Shown here in pieces: positions 42,568-50,515 of a stretch of DNA of 64,000 nucleotides. A program made the position numbers and the translations under genes. This DNA comes from Flavobacteriales bacterium. Its GTDB lineage: Bacteria; Bacteroidota; Bacteroidia; Flavobacteriales_F; PHOS-HE28. The notes under the pieces are model-generated. The model was not told the DNA's origin and did no database searches. It was given only the letters and a program-made list of their open reading frames with translations. The stretch's first letter is position 1. Each line of letters starts with the position of its first letter. The DNA lies in the NCBI GenBank assembly GCA_016788485.1, contig JAEUSV010000165.1:15205-79204 (forward strand), written 5' to 3'.

Positions 42568-43208
42568 ACGCGGCGGACGCCCGATTGCTGGAGGAACTGC
42601 GCGAGGCCCTGCGCGGCGAGCTGCCGGGCCACGACGCCTTCCTGCACCTGAGCGGCTACAAGCGCCCCGACCTGGAGGCCGCGCTGCGCCAGAACCCGGC
42701 TCCGCGCGAAAGCTCCGTGCTCGCCCTGCTCTACCCGCGCCAGGGCCGCCTGCACACCCTGCTGATGTTGCGGCCCGAGTACGACGGCGTCCACAGCGGG
42801 CAGGTGGCCTTCCCCGGGGGGCGCCGGGAGGACGAGGATCCCGACCTGCGGCACACCGCCCTCCGCGAGTTCCGTGAGGAGACCGGCGCCCCCACCGCGG
42901 ACTTCGACGTGCTCGGCTCCCTGAGCCGCGTGTACATCCCCCCGAGCCGTTCGCTCGTGACGCCTTATGTGGCCGCGGCGCCCGCCCTGCCCGCCACGGC
43001 GCCCGACCCGCGCGAGGTGGCGGCATTGATCGAGACACCGCTCGACGAGCTGCTCCGTCCCGACGTGGTGCAGGTGCGGAGGCAGTACATCCAGGTGCTC
43101 GGGCGCGAGGCGGAGATCCCCTACTTCGACCTGCAGGGGCAGGTGGTGTGGGGCGCCACCGCCATGATGCTCGCCGAACTACGCGAGCTCCTGCACCGGC
43201 TCCGGTAG
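42564..43208 (+). CDS. NUDIX hydrolase (CoA pyrophosphatase-like)
   Basis: GTG 42564 overlaps the upstream TGA. Nudix box GGRREDEDPDLRHTALREFREETG. Confidence 0.82.
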   Translation: MNAADARLLEELREALRGELPGHDAFLHLSGYKRPDLEAALRQNPAPRESSVLALLYPRQGRLHTLLMLRPEYDGVHSGQVAFPGGRREDEDPDLRHTALREFREETGAPTADFDVLGSLSRVYIPPSRSLVTPYVAAAPALPATAPDPREVAALIETPLDELLRPDVVQVRRQYIQVLGREAEIPYFDLQGQVVWGATAMMLAELRELLHRLR

Positions 43209-46200
43209 TCCGAAGGCCTTGCGGAAACGGGCGTTGGGCACCAGGCCGCGCGCGTCCTCGCTGTACTCGGGCTTCAGGCGCTTCACGAAGTACATGTCGA
43301 TCTTGCCCTTGTTCTTGGCCTCGACCTGGCCGCGGTGCACGCACTCGAAGTGGTCCTTGAGCTGCGCATAGGTCGCGCCGCTCACGTTCACCTCGCCGGG
43401 CTCGCCGCTGCTCTCCATGCGGCTGGCGGTGTTCACCGCATCGCCCCAGATGTCGTAGGCGAACTTGCGCTTGCCCACCACCCCTGCCACCACCGGGCCC
43501 GTATGCAGACCGATGCGCAGGATCCAGGGCTCCTTGCCGCGCGCTTCGTGCTCGCGCCGCCACTGGTCCATCATCTCCCGCACCTCCAGTGCGGCCATGG
43601 CCGTCTTGATGGCGTGGTGCGGGTCGCTGGAAGGCACGCCGCTGGCGCACATGTAACTGTCGCCGATGGTCTTGATCTTCTCGATGCCGTAGCGCCCGAT
43701 GATCTCGTCGAACTTGATGAAGCACTCGTCCAGCTCGCTCACCAGCTCTTCCGGCGTCATCTTCTCCGCTGCCTTGGTGAAGCCCTTCATGTCCGTGAAC
43801 ATCACGGTGACCTCGTCGTGGCGGCGGGCGGTGGCCTTGCCCTTGTCCTTCAGCTCATCGCTGATCTGCTTGGGCAGGATGTTGAGGAGCAGGTCCTCGA
43901 TCCGCACCTTCTGGCCTTCGATCTCCTTGCTCTGGGCCACCACCTCGGCGGTCCGCTCCTGCACCTTGCGCTCCAGGATCTGGTTGCGTAGCCGGAGCTG
44001 GCGTTCGCGCACCTTGATCCAGCTGAGCACGCTGATGGCGATGACGGCCGCGAGGGCGGTGTAGAACCACCAGCTCTGCCACCAGGGCGGCAGGATGGTG
44101 AAGCGCAGTTCGGTGGGCTTCTCGCTCCACAGGCCTGCCCGGTTCATGCTCTTCACCTTGAAGGTGTAAGAACCCGGGGGCAGCGCCGGATAATAGGCCT
44201 CGGTGCTGGCGGTGATGGGCTGCCAATCCGTGTCGAGCCCCTCGAGCATGTGGGCGTAGCGCACGGCGCCGGGGTCGCTGAGGCTCACACTGCCGTAACC
44301 GATGCGGATGCTGCGCTCGCTGTGGCTCAGGCGCAGCGCCTGCTCCAGCGGGCGGTCCTCCTGGTTGATGTTGAGCGAACGAAGCGCCACCAGCGGGGCC
44401 TTGGCCTTCCAGCCGCCTTTCTCGGGCACCACGCGCGTGGCGCCCTTCGCGGTGCCGAACCACATGTCGCCATTGCGGGTGAGGCACACGGCGTTCGGCT
44501 TGGCCTCCACCCCGATGAAGCCCGAAAAGCCCGTGTAGGCGAGCAGGCCCTCCTGGCCCGGTCGCCAGCTGTTCAGGCCGCTCACGGTGCCGATCCAGAT
44601 GGCGCCATCGCCATCGCGCACCAGCGAGCGCACGCCTTCGGCGAGCAGGCCGTCCTTGCCGGTGTAGGCCGCCACCTGCTTGCCGTCCTTCAGCACGAGC
44701 ACACCCTTCTTGGCGGTGCCCACCCACAGTCGGCCTTCACCGTCCTGCACGAAGCAAGTTGGCGTGAGCGTGCCTTCGAGCGGCACACGCGCGGGCTTGC
44801 CGTTGTCCATGCGGGTGATGCCCTGCTCCTTGCTGCCCACCCAGATGGTGCCCTTGTCGTCGCGGAAGAGCGCGGACACAGCGGTGGTGGGCACCCCATC
44901 CTCTGCGCCATAGACCATGGGCGGGGCACCGGACGAATGCCTGCGCAAGCCGGTGATCGTACCGATCCACAATTCGCCCGGCTGCCCCACGCACAGCGCA
45001 GTGACCTTGTCGCGGGGAATGAGCTCGTCGAGATCGGGGTGCGGGATCTGCTGGAAGGCGACAGGGTCGAGTTCGAGCAGGCCACTGGTCTCGGACCCGA
45101 TCCACACGTTGCCCATGGCATCCTCCACGATGCTGCGTACGCGCGACGTCCGCACCGTCTGCAGGGTCTTGATCATGCCAGGCCCCTGCACCTTGGGGTC
45201 CAGGATGCTCACGCCACCATCAGTGCCGAACCAGAGGCGTCCGCTGCGGTCCTCCATCACGGCCCACACCTGCTGATCGAGCAGGCCATCCTGCTCCATG
45301 AGGTTGAGGAAGCGTTCACCCTTGAAGATGATGAGCCCATAGTCGCTGGTGGCGAGCAGCATGTTGCCCTCGCTGTCGCGTGCGATCTTCCGGATCTGCA
45401 GACTTTCAAGACCGTTGCCCGGGTGGTAGTGACGGCGCACGCCATTGAGGCCGATCACCGCCGCGCCCCCACCCCATGTCCCCACCCATACCTGGCCTGC
45501 GGCGTCCTCGCCGAAACAGGATACGAGGTTGCTTGGAAGGCCGTTCGCGGTGCTGTAGTTCACCACCTGCCCGGTACGATGATCGAGCACGTAGGCGCCG
45601 TTCGCGAGCGTACCGAGCCAGAGCCTTCCCTCAGCATCCTCATAGAGCGCGTTCACCCCGAGCACATCCTGCAGTCCGCTCCATTCCAGTGAAACGAAGC
45701 GCTTCGACGCGGATTCCCACTTCTTCAGCGTGCCGCCGTCCTCCAGGAAGGCGATGGTGCCATCCTTGAATCGCCGCACGTCGAGCACGTGGTCCAGGAT
45801 CCCTTTATCGCCGCCGAAGCGCTGGGTGGTGAGGCTTCCATCCTCGGCTGCGTCGGTCACCTGTAGCACGCCCTGGCCCATCGTGGTGATCCAGATCGTG
45901 CCATCAGCATCCTCGACGATCCCGGTGATGTCGGCCGTGAGGGCCTCGCCCGTGGGCTTCACCGACCGGAAGGAGCGCCCTTCGCGCAGGCTGATGCCAC
46001 CGCCCGTGTGCCCTACCCAGAAACGGCCCTTCGCATCGAGCAACAGGGTACGCGCGCCCTTCGGGGCCATTCCTTCCGCTGCGCCATAAGGCCGCACACC
46101 ATCGCGCTCCCGGCCATCATAGCTCACCAGCCCATCCTCGGTGCCCATCCACAACAGCCCGGTACTGTCCTGCAGCACGGCGTATACATTGCTGGTGGGC

Positions 46201-46295
46201 AGCCCGTTCTGCACGTCGAGCCGTTCGAAATAGAAACGCTGGGCCTGCAGGCCGAGGGTGAGCACGCAGGCGATCAGGAAAGCGGTAAGGCGCAT
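43179..46295 (-). CDS. Periplasmic double beta-propeller / Y_Y_Y sensor fused to a class III adenylate cyclase
   Basis: Trimmed to MRLTAFLIACVLTLGLQAQ at 46295. Many propeller-blade repeats of the two-component-regulator type (GLPTSNVYAVLQDSTGLLWMGTEDGL and variants). Y_Y_Y-like Ig domain (VRYAHMLEGLDTDWQPI...YTFKVKSMNRAGLWSE), TM WWFYTALAAVIAISVLSWI and a coiled coil. Cyclase core VTVMFTDMKGFT, EKIKTIGDSYM, FAYDIWGDAVNTASRMES. Confidence 0.88.
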   Translation of the reverse strand: MRLTAFLIACVLTLGLQAQRFYFERLDVQNGLPTSNVYAVLQDSTGLLWMGTEDGLVSYDGRERDGVRPYGAAEGMAPKGARTLLLDAKGRFWVGHTGGGISLREGRSFRSVKPTGEALTADITGIVEDADGTIWITTMGQGVLQVTDAAEDGSLTTQRFGGDKGILDHVLDVRRFKDGTIAFLEDGGTLKKWESASKRFVSLEWSGLQDVLGVNALYEDAEGRLWLGTLANGAYVLDHRTGQVVNYSTANGLPSNLVSCFGEDAAGQVWVGTWGGGAAVIGLNGVRRHYHPGNGLESLQIRKIARDSEGNMLLATSDYGLIIFKGERFLNLMEQDGLLDQQVWAVMEDRSGRLWFGTDGGVSILDPKVQGPGMIKTLQTVRTSRVRSIVEDAMGNVWIGSETSGLLELDPVAFQQIPHPDLDELIPRDKVTALCVGQPGELWIGTITGLRRHSSGAPPMVYGAEDGVPTTAVSALFRDDKGTIWVGSKEQGITRMDNGKPARVPLEGTLTPTCFVQDGEGRLWVGTAKKGVLVLKDGKQVAAYTGKDGLLAEGVRSLVRDGDGAIWIGTVSGLNSWRPGQEGLLAYTGFSGFIGVEAKPNAVCLTRNGDMWFGTAKGATRVVPEKGGWKAKAPLVALRSLNINQEDRPLEQALRLSHSERSIRIGYGSVSLSDPGAVRYAHMLEGLDTDWQPITASTEAYYPALPPGSYTFKVKSMNRAGLWSEKPTELRFTILPPWWQSWWFYTALAAVIAISVLSWIKVRERQLRLRNQILERKVQERTAEVVAQSKEIEGQKVRIEDLLLNILPKQISDELKDKGKATARRHDEVTVMFTDMKGFTKAAEKMTPEELVSELDECFIKFDEIIGRYGIEKIKTIGDSYMCASGVPSSDPHHAIKTAMAALEVREMMDQWRREHEARGKEPWILRIGLHTGPVVAGVVGKRKFAYDIWGDAVNTASRMESSGEPGEVNVSGATYAQLKDHFECVHRGQVEAKNKGKIDMYFVKRLKPEYSEDARGLVPNARFRKAFGLPEPVQELA

Positions 46296-46305
46296 GGGTC
46301 GTGGA

Positions 46306-48513
46306 TCAGCGCGTGAGGTCGTAGAAGCTGGCCTCGGAGCCGGCGGCATCGCTCACCACCAGGGTGTTGCTCACGCTCTCGCTGTAGTTCTGGATCAGGT
46401 TCTTGAGCGGACCGTAGTTGTAGAAGGAGTAGATGTCGTCCTTCTTCCCGTCCACCGGGATCCAATAGCTCTTGCCCCCCACCGTACGGCCGTGCCCGGC
46501 GTACCACACGAGCACGGTGTTCACCTTGTTGGTGCGCACGAGGTCCCGCAGCTCGGTGCTGAAGAAGCGGTCCAGCTGCTGCTTGGTGAGGTTCTTCTTG
46601 GTGATGGTCTTCTGCACATTGTACTTGCCGAAGGCCTTCTGCATCTTGGCCGCATCGCTGCCCTGGCCCTGTAACGCGGGGAAGTTGCGGTAGTCGCTGT
46701 TCTCGATGAAGATGACCCAGGTGACGCCCGAGCTCACGGAAGCACCGGTGGCGGGTTTCTCCACAGGCTTCTCCACCGGTCTGGTCACCACGGTGGTGCC
46801 GCCGCCGGTATCGGGTGGTTTCGCGGCCACCACGGGCTCGGTGCGGCGCTGCAGCTGATAGGTGACGTCGGTGCCGTTGCCGTGCTGGTCCTCGGCGCGC
46901 ACGGTGAAGCGGTCCTTGCCCGCGATCACCAGCTTCATGCTGAAGTCGGTGCGGTTGGTGTCGGGCACGAAGCTGGCCATGATGCCGTCGACCGCGATGC
47001 TGCGGATGGTGCTGGCGTCGCTCGCGGTGCCTTCGATGAAGATGTCCTCGCGGCCTGCGCTCACGGTGATGATGCGGTCGGCCCCGGGGTTCGGCGCGGT
47101 GAGGGCCACCACGGGCGGCACACCTTCCGTGCGCTCCACCTTCAGGGACACCGAGGCCTCGTTGTCGTAGCGGTCGGTGGCGGCCACCACGATCTCGGTG
47201 GCGTTGGCGGCCAGCGGCACGGCGACGAAGAACTCGGGGTCGCGTTCGTCCTTGGCGAAGTCGGCGTCCACCCCGTTCACGGTGATGCGCTTGAGCTTGT
47301 TGCGGTCGCGCACGTGGCCGGTCACCTTCACCATGCCGAGCACGGAGCTCACCTGCACCACGTCGCCACGGCGGTAGGGCTCCACCACGGTGATCACCGG
47401 CGGGTCGCTCTCGCGGTTCAGCTCGAACAGCTGCTTGTCCACGCGGTCACGCTGGGCCTGCACGTTGCGGCGGAAGTCGGCGTCGTAGGTGTCATCACCC
47501 TCCATGGCCTTCCTGGCTGCATCGAGGTCGTCCAGCGCGCCCTCCAGGTCCACGTTGGCCTCGCGGCATTCGGCGCGCAGCAACAACAGCTCCACGTTGC
47601 GTGGTTGCTGCAGCAGCACCTTGTTGAGGTCGTTGATGGCGTTCTGGTGCTGCCCGAAGCCGTGGTAGTAACGGGCGCGCTGCACGTACACGGCATCGTC
47701 GGTGCGGCCCAGGGCCACGCACTTGCTCACGTCGTCGATGGCCTTGGTGTATTCCTTCTGCAGCGCGTAGGCCTTGCTGCGCGTGAAGAGGGCGTCGGTG
47801 CTGGCGGGGTTGAGCTCCAGGGCGCGCGTGCACTTCTCGATGGCCTTCTCCAGGGTGCGGATCTGCATGGTGGGCCCGCTGTACTGCTTGTACAGGTCGA
47901 GCTGCACCTCGGCCAGGGCGACGTAGGCGGGCTCGTACTGGTAGTTCCATTCGATCACCTTGTCCAGGTCGAACTCGGCGGTCTTGAGGTCGCGGATGGC
48001 GTGGCGCGTGATGCCGTGGAGGTAGTAGGTGTCGGTGGTGGCCTTGGTGGCGAGCGCGGCATCGGCGGCGGCGCTGGCCTTGTCCAGGTCGCCCATGGCC
48101 AGGGCCACGCGCACCTTGGTCTGCAGGGCGCTCAGCTGCTTGGGGTCCACGCGCAGGGCCTGGTCGCAGTACTGCAGGGCCTTGGCGTTATCACCCAGTT
48201 CCTGGTAGGCCTTGGCGGCCTCGGCAGCGAAGCCTGCGTCCTCGGGGGCCAACTGGGCCATCATGGCGCGGTCGGCCGCGCATTCGGCCCTCCTCCCCTG
48301 CAGGTTGTAGATGTCGGCACGGGCCTGGTAGGCCTTCAGCATCTTCGGGTCCACCTGGATCGCCAGGCTGAACTTCTCCAGGGCCTGGTCCAGCTGTTGT
48401 TCCTGCAGCAGCTTCTCGCCTTCCTTGTAGAAGGCCTTGCCCCCTTGGGCGGTGGCGGGGAGCAGCAGCAGCACAAGGCCGGCCAGGGAGAGGGTGGCGC
48501 GAAGGGTGATCAT
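46306..48513 (-). CDS. Secreted TPR / Ig-like / caspase-like (peptidase C14 fold) protein lacking the catalytic Cys
   Basis: Trimmed to MITLRATLSLAGLVLLLLPATAQG at 48513. About 380 aa of TPR repeats, two Ig-like modules, a Pro-rich linker (PVEKPVEKP), then a C-terminal caspase-like domain WVIFIENSDYRNFPALQGQGSDAAKM...VLVWYAGHG...LVVSDAAGS. Confidence 0.8.
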   Translation of the reverse strand: MITLRATLSLAGLVLLLLPATAQGGKAFYKEGEKLLQEQQLDQALEKFSLAIQVDPKMLKAYQARADIYNLQGRRAECAADRAMMAQLAPEDAGFAAEAAKAYQELGDNAKALQYCDQALRVDPKQLSALQTKVRVALAMGDLDKASAAADAALATKATTDTYYLHGITRHAIRDLKTAEFDLDKVIEWNYQYEPAYVALAEVQLDLYKQYSGPTMQIRTLEKAIEKCTRALELNPASTDALFTRSKAYALQKEYTKAIDDVSKCVALGRTDDAVYVQRARYYHGFGQHQNAINDLNKVLLQQPRNVELLLLRAECREANVDLEGALDDLDAARKAMEGDDTYDADFRRNVQAQRDRVDKQLFELNRESDPPVITVVEPYRRGDVVQVSSVLGMVKVTGHVRDRNKLKRITVNGVDADFAKDERDPEFFVAVPLAANATEIVVAATDRYDNEASVSLKVERTEGVPPVVALTAPNPGADRIITVSAGREDIFIEGTASDASTIRSIAVDGIMASFVPDTNRTDFSMKLVIAGKDRFTVRAEDQHGNGTDVTYQLQRRTEPVVAAKPPDTGGGTTVVTRPVEKPVEKPATGASVSSGVTWVIFIENSDYRNFPALQGQGSDAAKMQKAFGKYNVQKTITKKNLTKQQLDRFFSTELRDLVRTNKVNTVLVWYAGHGRTVGGKSYWIPVDGKKDDIYSFYNYGPLKNLIQNYSESVSNTLVVSDAAGSEASFYDLTR

Positions 48514-48580
48514 GGCGGGTGCGGAGCGAAAATAGGGCCAATGCGGTGTGCCGTCGAGGGGCCGCGCGCCCGTGCCCGCC

Positions 48581-48967
48581 TCAATCCCGTGTACGGACGG
48601 CGTTGACCCGGTGCGACGTGCTGTCGAAGAGCACCGTGGTCTGGAAGGGCCAGGGGCCACCGAGCCCCCATGGGCCGGTGCGCAGCCCCAGGTCCACCAC
48701 GTAGGCCAGCGCGTGGCCCGCGGTGTCAGAGGCGGTGGGCGCGCCGAGCAGGTCCAGCACCTCCCCTTTCGTAAGGCCGATCAGGCGGGCGCTATGCTCC
48801 AGGTCGGCCGTCATGGCGCCGCGTGTGCGGCGATCGCCCTGCCGCCAGGCCAGGGGATCGAACGCTCGGTCCGCGGTCCGATCGCGCTTGCCGAGGGCGC
48901 CGCTCAGGTAGGCCACGAAAAAGGCCGCACCGATCACCACGATCGATGCGGCCAGGCGCTTTCGCAT
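48581..48967 (-). CDS. Hypothetical membrane-anchored small protein
   Basis: 128 aa with an N-terminal helix (AASIVVIGAAFFVAYL). It starts 6 nt after the fabI stop. No recognised motif. Confidence 0.5.
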   Translation of the reverse strand: MRKRLAASIVVIGAAFFVAYLSGALGKRDRTADRAFDPLAWRQGDRRTRGAMTADLEHSARLIGLTKGEVLDLLGAPTASDTAGHALAYVVDLGLRTGPWGLGGPWPFQTTVLFDSTSHRVNAVRTRD

Positions 48968-48973
48968 GGGGAA

Positions 48974-49789
48974 TTACTCCACCGTGAACTTGTCCATCAC
49001 CTGCGGGGTGACACCGCTGCTGCTGAAGCCCCCGTCGTGGAAGAGGTTCTGCATGGTGACGTAGCGGGTGAGGTCGCTGAAGAGGGTGATGCAGTAGTTG
49101 GCGCAGTCCTGCGCGGGGGCGTTGCCCAGCGGGCTCATTTCCTGCGCGAAGCCGTAGAAGCCGCCGAAGCCCTTGATGCCACTGCCGGCCGTGGTCATGG
49201 TGGGGCTCTGGCTCACGGTGTTCACGCGGATCTTCTTCTTGATGCCGAGGTGGTAGCCCCAGCTGCGGCCAATGCTCTCGAGCAGGGCCTTGGCGTCGGC
49301 CATGTCGCCGTATCCGGGGAACACGCGCTGCGCGGCGATGTAGCTCAGGGCCACCACGCTGCCCCAGTCGCTGATGGCGTCGGTCTTGGCCGCGGCCTGC
49401 AGCATGCGGTGGAAGCTCATGGCGCTGATGTCCAGCGTCTGCTTGTACCACTCGTAGTTGAGGTCGTCGTAGGTGCGGCCCTTGCGCACGTTGGGGCTCA
49501 TGCCGATGCTGTGCAGCACGAAGTCGGCCTTGCCACCGAAATGCTCCATGCTGCCGGTGAAAAGCTTCTCCAGGTCGGCGTCGTTGGTGGCATCGGCGGG
49601 GATGATGGGGGCCTTGATGGCCTCGGCGAGCTTGTTGATCTCGCCCATGCGCATGGCCACCGGGGCGTTGGTGAGCACGATCTGCGCGCCTTCGGCATGG
49701 GCCAGCTCGGCCACCTTCCAGGCGATGCTCTGGTCGTTCAGGGCACCGGTGATGATGCCGCGCTTCCCCTTCAACAGTCCGTGGGCCAT
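48974..49789 (-). CDS. fabI: Enoyl-[acyl-carrier-protein] reductase (NADH), FabI type
   Basis: Trimmed to MAHGLLKGKRGIITGALNDQSIAWKVA at 49789. Catalytic Tyr/Lys region SYIAAQRVFPGYGDMADAKALLES. Confidence 0.92.
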   Translation of the reverse strand: MAHGLLKGKRGIITGALNDQSIAWKVAELAHAEGAQIVLTNAPVAMRMGEINKLAEAIKAPIIPADATNDADLEKLFTGSMEHFGGKADFVLHSIGMSPNVRKGRTYDDLNYEWYKQTLDISAMSFHRMLQAAAKTDAISDWGSVVALSYIAAQRVFPGYGDMADAKALLESIGRSWGYHLGIKKKIRVNTVSQSPTMTTAGSGIKGFGGFYGFAQEMSPLGNAPAQDCANYCITLFSDLTRYVTMQNLFHDGGFSSSGVTPQVMDKFTVE

Positions 49790-49981
49790 GGTCAATGCAG
49801 GTTGATGGGCCGAAAATAGCCGTTCGGTCCGGGTGGCAAGGGGTAGCGACCCATTCACGGCATCAACTGGCCCCAAGAGTTAAGTACACCTTCCGTATGT
49901 TCGGGAGATCGGACGGCAACGGGCGCGCAAGCCAAGGGCACTCGGCACAGCTGAGCGCCTGTTGTATAGAATGCTCTTCGG

Positions 49982-50491
49982 ATGGAATTCGACATACCAG
50001 CTTCAATCTCCAGCAGGACATTGATACATGCCGGAAACTGGTTCGAAAAGCACTACGCCCGGATAGTGATTTCAACTCTATGCGCGGTGTTCCTCGCGTT
50101 GGCCGTTTTGGGGCTTTACGGGGTCTTTGTCCGCGGGAATTGGGGAGCAGAAGGAACCCTCACAAGCTCCTTGCTCTTTCTTGGGTTCTCATTTGTGATG
50201 CTTCGGGTGTCAGATCAATTCATCCGAAGGAAGGCACGCCTGCATAGGATACAAGCCAGGTCGTGGCAAGAACTTGATACCATCATGAATGAACTGGGAT
50301 TCGAAGTCCTTGTTCGAAAGGAGAACATTCACTGGGGTGTTCAATACCGAGGGATCCTGAAGGCAGCTCGAAGACTGGTCATCCTACGCGACGGCGATTC
50401 GTTCTATGCGAATGTGCAGACCTTGGATCGGGAACTACCCCAGCCATTCCACAGCCGATCAGAGCGAGAGATCATCCAGCACTTCCAATAA
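49982..50491 (+). CDS. Orphan hypothetical membrane protein encoded in a low-GC islet
   Basis: 169-aa ORF with two hydrophobic helices (IVISTLCAVFLALAVLGLYGVFV and LTSSLLFLGFSFVMLRV). It uses ATA, TTG, CTT, AGG, AGA, GAA and CAA codons that are rare in the neighbouring genes. No recognised domain. Confidence 0.5.
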   Translation: MEFDIPASISSRTLIHAGNWFEKHYARIVISTLCAVFLALAVLGLYGVFVRGNWGAEGTLTSSLLFLGFSFVMLRVSDQFIRRKARLHRIQARSWQELDTIMNELGFEVLVRKENIHWGVQYRGILKAARRLVILRDGDSFYANVQTLDRELPQPFHSRSEREIIQHFQ

Positions 50492-50515
50492 GGCCACGGG
50501 CTGAATGCCAATGCC

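Noticed and set aside
42373-43725. 450-aa Arg/Gly/Pro/Ala-rich minus-strand ORF spanning the NUDIX gene and the cyclase 3' end
   Set aside because: Its composition is typical of an out-of-frame reading of GC-rich DNA. It overlaps two well-supported genes in other frames.
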